From a virus: 64,000 bases of DNA. A program made the position numbers and the translations under genes. Of this stretch, positions 42,102 through 50,926 are shown piece by piece. The notes beneath the pieces are model-generated. The model did not search any database, was not told the DNA's origin, and worked only from the letters and a program-made list of their open reading frames with translations. The DNA lies in the IMG/VR virus record IMGVR_UViG_3300031841_004047. One strand, 5' to 3'. The stretch's first letter is position 1, and each line of letters begins with the position of its first letter.

Positions 42102-42338
42102 ATGCTAGGTATTGATCCATTCATTATATCAATGATAGCTTTTGCGGTTACTTTCTACTGCGCTTATGAGATCGGTAGAGGTGAAAGAAAAAAAGATATA
42201 GAGGACGCCATAGAAAATACTATCCTCTACATGGTTCATAATAACTTTGTAAAATTTACTAGAGACGAAGACGGAGAAATCGAGATACATTCGATAGATG
42301 ACGTCACGGTAACAAAATTATCACAGTTAGAAAAATAA
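42102..42338 (+). CDS. Small membrane protein
   Basis: N-terminal TM helix; AGGAG RBS. Confidence 0.65.
   Translation: MLGIDPFIISMIAFAVTFYCAYEIGRGERKKDIEDAIENTILYMVHNNFVKFTRDEDGEIEIHSIDDVTVTKLSQLEK
42308..42325. promoter_or_regulatory. 18-bp operator-like motif, copy 4
   Basis: GGTAACAAAATTATCACA. Confidence 0.5.
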
Positions 42339-42360
42339 TTCATGAAAAGTAAAATAACTG

Positions 42361-42389
42361 TTTACATTGCCTTCAATGTATGGTAGATT
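42361..42389 (+). promoter_or_regulatory. sigma70-like promoter
   Basis: TTTACA-17-TAGATT with TG. Confidence 0.7.
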
Positions 42390-42397
42390 AGTATCAA

Positions 42398-42589
42398 ATG
42401 TTGAAGGAGAACACTATGCAGTATTTTTTGGTAACAGCTTCAAACGCGAAAGGTGATTCAGTATCTTTGAAGTTTGAATTGAGTCAAGCAGCTCACGTCA
42501 TGCATAAAAAATTATGGAATGAACTTGATGATAACGGTGATCTTAAGTGGGGTACAGTTCGTACTACTGTATTAGAGGAGGCAGCGTAA
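42398..42589 (+). CDS. Small hypothetical protein
   Basis: ORF after the promoter; the true start may be the ATG following the AGGAG. Confidence 0.55.
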   Translation: MLKENTMQYFLVTASNAKGDSVSLKFELSQAAHVMHKKLWNELDDNGDLKWGTVRTTVLEEAA

Positions 42590-42677
42590 TGACTTTTAAT
42601 CAAGTATTATTTGCATTATGGCTAGGGTTAGGAATGATTCTGATTGATGTCTACTTTATCCCAGGAGGTATGTACTG

Positions 42678-43757
42678 ATGGCTAAGAAAGCAAAGAAAGT
42701 TTATTCACGCAGAACAAATACTGGTATTGCCGCTGCTCCTACTTCAAGCTTTACTCACTTCAATGATTACATCCGTCTTGAAGTTGATAAGAAAGAAATT
42801 GCTTCAACCATTAAAGCTTTCATTAAAGCAAACTTTTCAAGACAAGACTATCGCAACGCACAGGCTGCGCCGGACTGGTCTTTCACCGCAACTCTTGCAT
42901 CCACGATAGCATGGAAAGCACTCGATAAAGTATTCCCCAGCAATTGGGATTCAGCACGAGTCATTCAAGAAAAATGTGCTGAGATTATCGAACGTGGTAT
43001 CCAAAAGCAGGATAAGAAAGAAGAAAACACTGATACGAATAAAAGAACGATAGCTGATATCGTTAAGGAACGTACTTCTGATTTTATTGGCATGATCGAA
43101 GAATTCGTTGATGCTAATGAAGAAGTATCTGTATATGATGAACTGAAGAAGATTGATGCTCCTAACAACACTGCTAAAGCAGTGTATGACTACTATCTTC
43201 CTCAGCGTGATGAGATCAAGGAACTTGTAGAGAAGAAAACTTCTGACCTAGTTGAGGCATATAACCATATGTCCAGACCAGAACAGAAAGCTTATCTAAA
43301 ATACCTTGATAATATATTAACTGATGCTGAACGCTACATGGCCTCAAAGAAAGCACAACGTAAGTCTCGTGCTCCAAAGGTTAAGAGCGCAGATGTTCAA
43401 GTTAAGAAGATGAACTACTTAAAGGAATCTAAAGAGCACAAACTCGTGTCAATCAATCCATCGTCTATCGTTGGTGCACAACGAGTCTACCTCTTTAATG
43501 CCAAGTATCGTACTATCACTGAACTAGTTAACATGTCTCCTTCTGGTTTTGAAGTCAGTGGTAGTACGATCAAGGGTATAGATCTTGAAGCTTCACGTCA
43601 AGTCAAACTGCGTAAGCCAGAAGAGTTCCTTTCAGTTGTATTGAAAAAGTCTCCTACTCAGATTAATAAAGAATGGAGTCAACTCACAACTAAATCTTCG
43701 CCAGCCAATGGCAGGGTTAATAAAGAAACTATTATACTAAGGGCTTTAGATAAATGA
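42678..43757 (+). CDS. Conserved T4-like hypothetical protein upstream of gp33
   Basis: 359 aa, GGAGG RBS; ...LRKPEEFL...NGRVNKETIILR C-terminus. Confidence 0.75.
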   Translation: MAKKAKKVYSRRTNTGIAAAPTSSFTHFNDYIRLEVDKKEIASTIKAFIKANFSRQDYRNAQAAPDWSFTATLASTIAWKALDKVFPSNWDSARVIQEKCAEIIERGIQKQDKKEENTDTNKRTIADIVKERTSDFIGMIEEFVDANEEVSVYDELKKIDAPNNTAKAVYDYYLPQRDEIKELVEKKTSDLVEAYNHMSRPEQKAYLKYLDNILTDAERYMASKKAQRKSRAPKVKSADVQVKKMNYLKESKEHKLVSINPSSIVGAQRVYLFNAKYRTITELVNMSPSGFEVSGSTIKGIDLEASRQVKLRKPEEFLSVVLKKSPTQINKEWSQLTTKSSPANGRVNKETIILRALDK

Positions 43758-43987
43758 TAGAACAAGAAAACTTCATGAGCAGATTAAAATTCAGTAAACT
43801 AATTGAAGCACAAGTACTCGAGAAAAAACTTGGGTATATAGATGCAGTCGTTGAAGCATGTGAGATTACTAATATTGATCCGCAAGACGTAAAGAAATTC
43901 ATATCACCAGTAATTAAGGAGAAGATCGAAGCCGAGGCCAGAAAATTAAATTTTTTGCCTAAACAAAATGAACTACTTTTCGAATAA
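43754..43987 (+). CDS. gp33: Late transcription coactivator
   Basis: FSKLIE...GYIDAVV..CE...ID...V.KFIS..IKEKIEAEA..LNFL. Confidence 0.88.
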   Translation: MIEQENFMSRLKFSKLIEAQVLEKKLGYIDAVVEACEITNIDPQDVKKFISPVIKEKIEAEARKLNFLPKQNELLFE

Positions 43988-43992
43988 ATAAA

Positions 43993-44021
43993 TGTACATT
44001 ACAGTCAAAATAGTGTATAAT
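43993..44021 (+). promoter_or_regulatory. sigma70-like promoter for gp32
   Basis: TGTACA-17-TATAAT with TG. Confidence 0.7.
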
Positions 44022-44067
44022 ATAAAACATAATACAGCAAATAATTCAGCATATAAGGAGAATACAT

Positions 44068-44988
44068 ATGTCTTTTGCAAATCTTAAACGCAACCGCAAC
44101 GCAATTGAACAATTAGTTAAAGCGGCGGAGGCCACCGGCGGTGGTCAAACTCAAAACAGATACGAAGATAATCGTATGTGGAAACCTACAGTAGATAAAG
44201 CCAACAATGGTTATGCTGTAATTAGATTCCTTCCAGCAAGTGAAGGGTCAGACCTCCCTTGGACAAAGTATTGGGATCATGGGTTTAAGGGCCCAACTGG
44301 TCGTTGGTATATCGAACGGTCATTGACATCTATTGGACAAAACGATCCAGTCGGTGAACTTAACAGTCGTCTTTGGAACTCAGGTATTGAAGCCGATAAA
44401 GAAGTTGCTCGTCGTCAAAAACGTCGGTTACATTATGTTTCAAACGTCCTTGTGATCAATGATCCGGGTAATCCAGAAAATGAAGGTAAAGTGTTTCTTT
44501 TTCAGTATGGTAAGAAGATCTTTGATAAGCTTATGGACTCTATGCAACCAGACTTTGAAGATGAAACACCAGTCAACCCATTCGACTTTTGGGAGGGTGC
44601 TAACTTTAAATTAAAAATTCGTGATGTTGAAGGTTATCGTAACTATGATAAGTCTGAGTTTGCTGGTCAATCTGCGTTATCTCAGGATGACGGCTATCTT
44701 GAAGAGATCTATAATAAAATGCATGATTTGCAAGAGTTTACTGATCCAAAGAACTACAAGACCTATGATGAGTTAAAAGCAAAACTCATGGCTGTCCTTG
44801 GAGAACAAGCTGAAGCTGGTGCTCCAAGAGTAAAAGAAATGGCTACATTAGAAGATGAGATTCCGGCTTTTGAAGAAAAGTCGATGTCTCCGTCTGAGCC
44901 TCCTACCGCAGCGGCAGCATCATCCGCTTCAACAGACGCAGATGATGACATCATGGCACACTTTGCTAACCTAGTTAACGAAGACTAA
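44068..44988 (+). CDS. gp32: Single-stranded DNA-binding protein
   Basis: GYAVIRFLP, YIERSLT, GKVFLF.YGKKIFDK, FDFWEGANFKLKIR, NYDKSEF; acidic tail. Confidence 0.96.
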   Translation: MSFANLKRNRNAIEQLVKAAEATGGGQTQNRYEDNRMWKPTVDKANNGYAVIRFLPASEGSDLPWTKYWDHGFKGPTGRWYIERSLTSIGQNDPVGELNSRLWNSGIEADKEVARRQKRRLHYVSNVLVINDPGNPENEGKVFLFQYGKKIFDKLMDSMQPDFEDETPVNPFDFWEGANFKLKIRDVEGYRNYDKSEFAGQSALSQDDGYLEEIYNKMHDLQEFTDPKNYKTYDELKAKLMAVLGEQAEAGAPRVKEMATLEDEIPAFEEKSMSPSEPPTAAAASSASTDADDDIMAHFANLVNED

Positions 44989-47093
44989 AACATATTATCA
45001 TAAACATTGACGGTACTCGGTGCACTTCCACTGAGTACCGTTGTGTTTGAAGTATTAGAAACATTTTGTCTAGATGAAGCATCTACAATTGGATTTTGAC
45101 TAACGCTTTTATTAGCAACCATTTGAGTTATAAATTGTTGTAATTCTTGTAATTTATCACCTTGCGCGCTTCTTAATTTTTCTACACCGGCTTCAGTAAG
45201 AACAATTCTACTAGCACCTTCACCAGTTAATTTTCCACTAGCATCCTTTTTACCGACAAAATCAGTGGTAAAATCAGTACCTTCTTTTAGACCAAGTTCT
45301 CTTCTTAGTTTTCTAAGTTGACCACTTCCGCCTGCTGTTGCAAATCTTAAGCTTTCAACTGTATTTGATAGGGATGTCTTTCTTCTGTTTATTCCAAGTT
45401 GAGACAAACCTGTTAAATAAGATGTTCTTCGTGCATCCTCAATAGCATTTTCTAGTTCTCTCGCTTCTTGCTCTTTTTGACGTTTTAGTCGTTCATTAGC
45501 ACCGGCCTGAGATCCATCACCAATTAACGGAAGTTTATCAGCTCTGATAGCACGTTCTAGTGCTCCTTCCGTTTGACCGAAATAAGCACTGCCTGTTGTC
45601 ACTTCTTTCAAGTTTCTTAATCTCTCTAGGCTAAAATCTGTAAATCTAGAAGTCATATCTGTTGGAAGATTAGTTCCAGCAGAGTAGTTAACTCCCTTTG
45701 ATACTAAATCAGCAACAAATGGTATAGTAGCTAAAAGACCTACAATTCCCTTTTCCCCGACGGTGCTTCCTAACTCTGTATTCTTTTTATCTCCAACAGC
45801 TGCAGCAAGTTCAACAAATGCTCCAGCTGGTCCTAGTACTTTTGCTCCTTTACCAATAACTTTTCCAGCACCTTTAGTTAAAGCCTTAGCTTTACTAGGT
45901 TTGACTTCTGGCTCTGGTATTTCATTAAAGTTAGCTGGAACTCTTCCTTCAGCAATCGTAATTCTTTCTTGTATGGCTCTGTCAGCACCCATTCGAGTAT
46001 AAGCGTTAACCAGCTTTGCCCTTTGTGCTGCCGCCGAATTCTTTTTAGCAGCCTGATCGAAAAGAGATTCATCAAGTTGATCAGAGGCTAAAGTAGCGGC
46101 TTTTGTAGTTCTATAGGCATTTCCAGCAGAGGTATTTGTATCCTTTACTATTTCATTAAGGTTAGCTGGAACTCTTCCTTCAGCAATCGCAATTCTAGCA
46201 CTTTCAGCCCTACCAGCACCCATTCGAGTATAAGCGTTAACCAGCTTTGCCCTTTGTGCTGCTGCTGCCGCCGAATTCTTTTTAGCAGCCTGATCGAAAA
46301 AAGATTCATCGAGGTTTTGGGAAGCTTTAGACAACCTTTCCCTTTCTGCTGCCGCAGCTCTAGCTCTCTCCTCCCTCAGCCTTTTAGCTTCTTCTTCTGG
46401 AGTCTCTCCTGTTGTTGTTTTTGTGTCTGTTTTTGTGTCAATATCTGCTTTAAATAGATCAAATGCTTTTTTAGCAACAATTACACTTGTAGCTAATCCA
46501 GCTATCCCTCCCAGTAATTTTTTCCACGGAATATTAAAACCTTTTTTATCTTTCGTTTCATCAGTAGATACTTGCCCAGCTCCTGGTCTACTACCTATGG
46601 AACTCTCTTTTCCTCTTTCTCTTCTATCTTCAAGAGCGTCTAGGTTTTTTTCCCTCATTCTCTTCATTTCAGATAAGAATTCAGACCTAAAGAGCTCAAC
46701 CTGCTCTAGTAAAAGCTTCTGTGTTTTTTCTTTGGCGACTACATCAGAGAGGTTATTTAAAGCTTTAGTAGTTCCTCCCCCAAACAATCCTCCCATAGCT
46801 CTAAACGGAGCAGTTGCCGCTGATCCAGCTGCTCTAGTTACTCCCGCCGCAAGCCTATAAGGAGCAGTCGCAACGTTCGCAGCTCCCGCCGCTGCTATTC
46901 TAAAAGGAGCAGTCACACCCCTAACAGTCGCAGAAGCTAATCTAGCTGGAGCAGTAGCTACTGAAGTTACACCTCGTCCAACTGCAGCGGCACCTCTCGC
47001 AACCACACCGGGTCTATTCATTCTAGACTCAATCAACTGATTAGTTCTATTCTGTGACTCTGCTAACTTTAAAATGGCGTCTTCTATTGACAT
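44985..47093 (-). CDS. Tape measure/baseplate hub (gp29-like) protein
   Basis: 702 aa Ala/Gly-rich helical protein with TAP(F/Y)R repeats; follows gp26/gp51-like genes; ends with the typical NVSNTSNTTVLS tail. Confidence 0.6.
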   Translation of the reverse strand: MSIEDAILKLAESQNRTNQLIESRMNRPGVVARGAAAVGRGVTSVATAPARLASATVRGVTAPFRIAAAGAANVATAPYRLAAGVTRAAGSAATAPFRAMGGLFGGGTTKALNNLSDVVAKEKTQKLLLEQVELFRSEFLSEMKRMREKNLDALEDRRERGKESSIGSRPGAGQVSTDETKDKKGFNIPWKKLLGGIAGLATSVIVAKKAFDLFKADIDTKTDTKTTTGETPEEEAKRLREERARAAAAERERLSKASQNLDESFFDQAAKKNSAAAAAQRAKLVNAYTRMGAGRAESARIAIAEGRVPANLNEIVKDTNTSAGNAYRTTKAATLASDQLDESLFDQAAKKNSAAAQRAKLVNAYTRMGADRAIQERITIAEGRVPANFNEIPEPEVKPSKAKALTKGAGKVIGKGAKVLGPAGAFVELAAAVGDKKNTELGSTVGEKGIVGLLATIPFVADLVSKGVNYSAGTNLPTDMTSRFTDFSLERLRNLKEVTTGSAYFGQTEGALERAIRADKLPLIGDGSQAGANERLKRQKEQEARELENAIEDARRTSYLTGLSQLGINRRKTSLSNTVESLRFATAGGSGQLRKLRRELGLKEGTDFTTDFVGKKDASGKLTGEGASRIVLTEAGVEKLRSAQGDKLQELQQFITQMVANKSVSQNPIVDASSRQNVSNTSNTTVLSGSAPSTVNVYDNMF
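45010..45047 (+). terminator. Hairpin terminator for gp32 inside the antisense gene
   Basis: ACGGTACTCGGTG-CACTTC-CACTGAGTACCGT (13 bp, one G-U), then T-rich. Confidence 0.55.
45919..46313 (-). repeat. Internal direct repeat, 231-nt period
   Basis: 45919-46076 vs 46150-46313 encode LDES(L/F)FDQAAKKNSAAA(AA)QRAKLVNAYTRMGA...IAEGRVPAN(F/L)NEI. Confidence 0.9.
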
Positions 47094-47266
47094 TACCGAT
47101 TCCTATCCGCCTGTTCCTTTAAGTGTTCAATTAACATAGTAAGATAAACTTCCCTTTCCCATGGGATCATATTTTCAAGTTCGTGTAAAGAATATCCGTG
47201 ATGCTGCATAAGCGAAAAATTAGTTTTATAATGGTTCAGTAAAGTGTCATTAGAAGACCATATTAA
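47093..47266 (-). CDS. gp51: gp51-like C-terminal segment, probably reached by -1 frameshift from gp26
   Basis: -1 frame reads LIWSSNDTLLNHYKTNFSLMQHHGYSLHELENMIPWEREVYLTMLIEHLKEQADRNR*; first ATG only at 47209; the stop overlaps the next ATG. Confidence 0.7.
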   Translation of the reverse strand, partial: LIWSSNDTLLNHYKTNFSLMQHHGYSLHELENMIPWEREVYLTMLIEHLKEQADRNR

Positions 47267-47973
47267 AAAAAATCAGAGATATTCCTTATATTGATTTCGT
47301 TTTCTTCTCCACAGCTGGAGCATTTAAAATTATGTTTTACTTCACACACTGGCATCTTATCTAAAAATTCTTTCATCTTTATAAACTGGTCACTAGACAT
47401 AGACTCTATGAATCTAATCAACTGTTCCTTTGGTTCATCCTTCACCAGTATAACTTCTTCAGGAGTGTTTATCGAAACAATACATTCTCCTATCAGTTCA
47501 ATAAGTTGCTCTACATCAGTAGAATCTTTGTTTATATTCTCGTTGTTAGACATCTTATTATATAAAGGCCACTGCATATCAACGCTGTACTCTTCATCTA
47601 AGATGATCTTTGAGTCAGTCTTTATATCACCAATAACTTTAACTTCATCAATGTTTACCGATATATCATTTGATTGGTCACAACTTTTACAAGAAGAAGT
47701 AAGCTCGATAATCTCGCCGGTTGACTTTCCTCTGATCTTAGTAAACATATACTCAACATCAAATAAATGTAGCTTATCATAATTTACTTCATCATGTACG
47801 CAGCTCTTGATGGTATCAATCACTGCTCTTAAAGATGCTTTCTCATCTTTTGATTCGAGAGCCATCATTAAGATCTTTTCTTCTTTTACTAGATACGGTC
47901 TAAACCTAACCGTTTCTCCAGTAGATGGTATGTTCATTTCATACTTTGGTTTGTCGTTTAATATAGGAATCAT
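47263..47973 (-). CDS. gp26: Baseplate hub assembly protein/chaperone
   Basis: PKYEMNIPSTG..VRFRPYLVKEEKIL, IRGKS.GE, two CxxC; ends GAT TTT TTT TAA. Confidence 0.85.
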   Translation of the reverse strand: MIPILNDKPKYEMNIPSTGETVRFRPYLVKEEKILMMALESKDEKASLRAVIDTIKSCVHDEVNYDKLHLFDVEYMFTKIRGKSTGEIIELTSSCKSCDQSNDISVNIDEVKVIGDIKTDSKIILDEEYSVDMQWPLYNKMSNNENINKDSTDVEQLIELIGECIVSINTPEEVILVKDEPKEQLIRFIESMSSDQFIKMKEFLDKMPVCEVKHNFKCSSCGEENEINIRNISDFF

Positions 47974-47991
47974 AATGTTCTCTTTTCATGT

Positions 47992-48612
47992 TTAAAATTG
48001 TGGGAAATTTGGTATCCCTTCCGCTTCGTTTCGTCTAAATTGCTCCTTCGCTGCGTTTACAGGTGAGGGTTTTTGTTTTCCTGTTTTATTATCTAAATAA
48101 ATCGGCATCCAGCTCGTATATGAGAGCTCAACGGAATACTCAGTAACAGTATCGTTTATCTGATTTCCCATCTCGATAGGTTGTAGAGTAGTTGGAAATG
48201 CTTCGAACAACTTACATCCACTTATCTTATTTCCCATCCTGTCAAGATGAAAGACCGACATATCTTTCTGATAGGTGTTCTTAAATTTCAATTCATTACG
48301 AGAAAAGTTTATTGATAGATCAGCCCATCTTTCGAAATATTCTTTTACTTTAAAATCATTCAAAACATAGAAGCTTAGTCTTATATCATCAACTGCGTAT
48401 CCGTAAGCTATTTTTTCAAACTTCATTCCGACCTGAAAGTCTGAGGATAAAATCTGTTTTCCTGGCAGATTCACGGCGTTACATAATAGTTGCATTTCTC
48501 TCATATCTATACCAGACCCAGGAATAGGAGGAAGCTCAGCCAAAAATCTATTTGGATTAGCTGCACCTTTACTGTTAACAAGTGATATGAACTCATTGAC
48601 ATTAATTGTCAT
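47992..48612 (-). CDS. gp54: Baseplate tail-tube initiator (gp54/gp19 family)
   Basis: NRF, LLCNAVNLPG, YFERW, FEAFPTTL..IEM..., SVELSYTSW. Confidence 0.72.
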   Translation of the reverse strand: MTINVNEFISLVNSKGAANPNRFLAELPPIPGSGIDMREMQLLCNAVNLPGKQILSSDFQVGMKFEKIAYGYAVDDIRLSFYVLNDFKVKEYFERWADLSINFSRNELKFKNTYQKDMSVFHLDRMGNKISGCKLFEAFPTTLQPIEMGNQINDTVTEYSVELSYTSWMPIYLDNKTGKQKPSPVNAAKEQFRRNEAEGIPNFPQF

Positions 48613-49270
48613 ATATAGCCCTCCTTGACTCTCTGTATATTTGACTTGTTCTGGCTTTTCTAAACTGAGCCGTTGGAAGGAAAGTAGCTATCTCCCATTC
48701 AGGAGCCATTACTCTTGCAAATCGACTTCTTACGTGAGCAACTAAGTAGTGTTTGACGCAGGGTTTAAAATACTTTAGTTTAGCCGATCTTTGAAGCATC
48801 TCATACCTAAGTCTAAATTTAGTTCTATCATCATATCTATCATCGCTTGTTAGATCCATGAGCCCGTCCAAGAACTTAGCTCTGAGAGCAGGCGCCAGGT
48901 AGTGAAGGTTCAAACCAAGAAACCCACCTTGGGCCTGACCGATAATGATTACTAGCGGGAACACGTCATAGTAAGGTAGCGTCTCTTTGTGTTTTGGATC
49001 ATAAAAGAACATAACCATAGACCCAATAACTTGACGACTTGTAAGCTGTAGACTCTCATCCCTCATTATCTGAGTTCTATTTACTCTTCTTAAAGAAGAC
49101 GCTTTATTCTGAAACCACTCTCTTGACTCCTTGGTCCTTGGAGTTATCCCTGCTCTAAAAGCTTCTATCTCTAATCTTTGAAATAAGTTACTGTTACCTC
49201 TATTTTCAAGTAGAAAATTAGTCGCTTCGTTTTGGTCAGTTAATTGCGTAAATGTATTTTCTATGGCCAT
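48602..49270 (-). CDS. gp2: DNA end protector protein
   Basis: FFYDPKHKETLPYYDVFPL, GFLGLNLHYL, CVKHYL, FLPTAQF. Confidence 0.93.
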   Translation of the reverse strand: MAIENTFTQLTDQNEATNFLLENRGNSNLFQRLEIEAFRAGITPRTKESREWFQNKASSLRRVNRTQIMRDESLQLTSRQVIGSMVMFFYDPKHKETLPYYDVFPLVIIIGQAQGGFLGLNLHYLAPALRAKFLDGLMDLTSDDRYDDRTKFRLRYEMLQRSAKLKYFKPCVKHYLVAHVRSRFARVMAPEWEIATFLPTAQFRKARTSQIYRESRRAIYDN

Positions 49271-49294
49271 TAAATCATTTCCTCTTCTAACTTC

Positions 49295-49302
49295 TATTTA
49301 TA
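49295..49302 (-). promoter_or_regulatory. T4-type late promoter
   Basis: TATAAATA on the minus strand upstream of gp2. Confidence 0.8.
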
Positions 49303-49309
49303 TACTAGA

Positions 49310-49786
49310 TCAGATTTTTTTAAGAGGAGGTAGAGATTTCATTTGTTTAGGAAGTATCCCCATTGATTGAAGAGTCTTTTCGGTCCAGACTTGAAACTGC
49401 CAACCTCTATCTTTTGCAAATGTGTTAGCAGCTTTCCACTTATTCATGTTCTTAACGTATGTCATTCCTTCATTCAAGTATCTCTTTGTTTTACGACCCG
49501 GATTTTTTGGAGGCATGGTTTCTTTCTCTGGTTTTATCTCGACTAGAAGTGTTTTACCATCTTTGAAAGTTATTTTTAAATCAACAAAATATCTATGATA
49601 TTTCTTATCTACTTCATATAAGTATGGTATAACAATCTCTTCTGAACTCCAGTTCTTTACCGATGAGTTGTTGTCACACCAGCTGAAGCATCGAGCTTCC
49701 CACATAGATCTATACACTACGTTGTCTGGGTCACCCTTATACTTACTCCTATGCTTTACTCTATAGAATCCTTTATATGTCTTCAT
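49310..49786 (-). CDS. gp4: Head completion nuclease
   Basis: YKG...YRSMWE...CD.N..V..WSSEE..IPY, YFVD, VEIKP. Confidence 0.93.
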   Translation of the reverse strand: MKTYKGFYRVKHRSKYKGDPDNVVYRSMWEARCFSWCDNNSSVKNWSSEEIVIPYLYEVDKKYHRYFVDLKITFKDGKTLLVEIKPEKETMPPKNPGRKTKRYLNEGMTYVKNMNKWKAANTFAKDRGWQFQVWTEKTLQSMGILPKQMKSLPPLKKI

Positions 49787-49791
49787 GCCTG

Positions 49792-49825
49792 TATAAATAC
49801 CATTAAGTGTTTTTAGATATTTATC
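49792..49825. promoter_or_regulatory. Overlapping divergent late promoters
   Basis: TATAAATA (+, 49792-49799) for gp48; GATAAATA (-, 49818-49825) for gp4. Confidence 0.7.
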
Positions 49826-49834
49826 GGAGAAAAT

Positions 49835-50926
49835 ATGCCTGGAATTAAGGGAAGTGCTCTTCAAAAAAAGTACCTACAGCTTACGAGTCAAAACGAAGCT
49901 ATCGACTATGGTAGTAACTTAAAATTTCCTAGTGATCTGGGAGAGCACGGCAGCGATGATACGCCAGGAGGATATTCTGGAAAAATTACTTTTCGCTCCT
50001 TCGCTACCGAACCCCCTGATCCCGGTAATATTGGATCTGATTTTTTACAAGGTGCAAAAAACCTTACTGATAATTTATTAACTGAGGCGGCCGAAGCTAC
50101 AGGGGAGGCATTCCGCAGTTTTTTTGGCTTTAAATCTCCTCCTAACTACAGTCCTCCTGGGACAGGAACTGTAAGAGCTAATGTCTCTCAGAGCTATCCT
50201 ACTGATACTGAATCTTATTATAGCGGTAGAGCAAAGTTTACTGGAAGAAGTGTTTCTTTGTACATGCCTCCGGCCATACAAATAGGAGATAGGATTGACA
50301 TAGATAACACGGTTTCTTTTGGAACGTTTGGAGAAGCTCTTGATCGATCACTGGGATCAGGAGGTGGGCTTTCAAGTGCTTTAATGAATGCTACTTCAGC
50401 ATCCACTGAGTCGATAGTAGCAGCCCTAGGAGGACAGGGTTTAAGCCCAGAACTAGTTAGGTTGGGTCTATCAAAAGCAGCAGGTGTTTTAAGCAATAAC
50501 GCAAGCGGTGTCGTGAGAACTGCTCTTGGCGTGACACCCAATCCAAATATAAGAGCCGTGTTTAGATCAGTAGGTTTAAGATCTTTTAATTTATCATTTA
50601 AACTTACACCGAGATCATACAAAGAAGCTATGACAATTGGAAGAATAATAAAGTTCTTTAGGACAAACGCATACCCTGAAACATTCTTGGTTGCCGGACT
50701 TCCAGCTGGATATTACTTTCCAAATAAATTTAAGATACACTTTCAGTACGGCGAAAAAGAAGTGGCAACTAAAACACATCTGTCTTATCTTACTGATATT
50801 CAAACTACATATAATCCTCAATCTATGTCCTTTTATGAGGGAGGTCATTTTCAAGAAATTGATTTATCTCTTACATTCATCGAGGAAAGAACAGTTGATA
50901 GGCAACAAGTGGAGGAAGGCTTCTAA
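49835..50926 (+). CDS. gp48: Baseplate tail-tube cap
   Basis: VSLYMP, NPN...FRSVGLRSFNLSFKL.P.S..EA..I..IIKFF, YLTDIQTTY. Confidence 0.85.
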   Translation: MPGIKGSALQKKYLQLTSQNEAIDYGSNLKFPSDLGEHGSDDTPGGYSGKITFRSFATEPPDPGNIGSDFLQGAKNLTDNLLTEAAEATGEAFRSFFGFKSPPNYSPPGTGTVRANVSQSYPTDTESYYSGRAKFTGRSVSLYMPPAIQIGDRIDIDNTVSFGTFGEALDRSLGSGGGLSSALMNATSASTESIVAALGGQGLSPELVRLGLSKAAGVLSNNASGVVRTALGVTPNPNIRAVFRSVGLRSFNLSFKLTPRSYKEAMTIGRIIKFFRTNAYPETFLVAGLPAGYYFPNKFKIHFQYGEKEVATKTHLSYLTDIQTTYNPQSMSFYEGGHFQEIDLSLTFIEERTVDRQQVEEGF

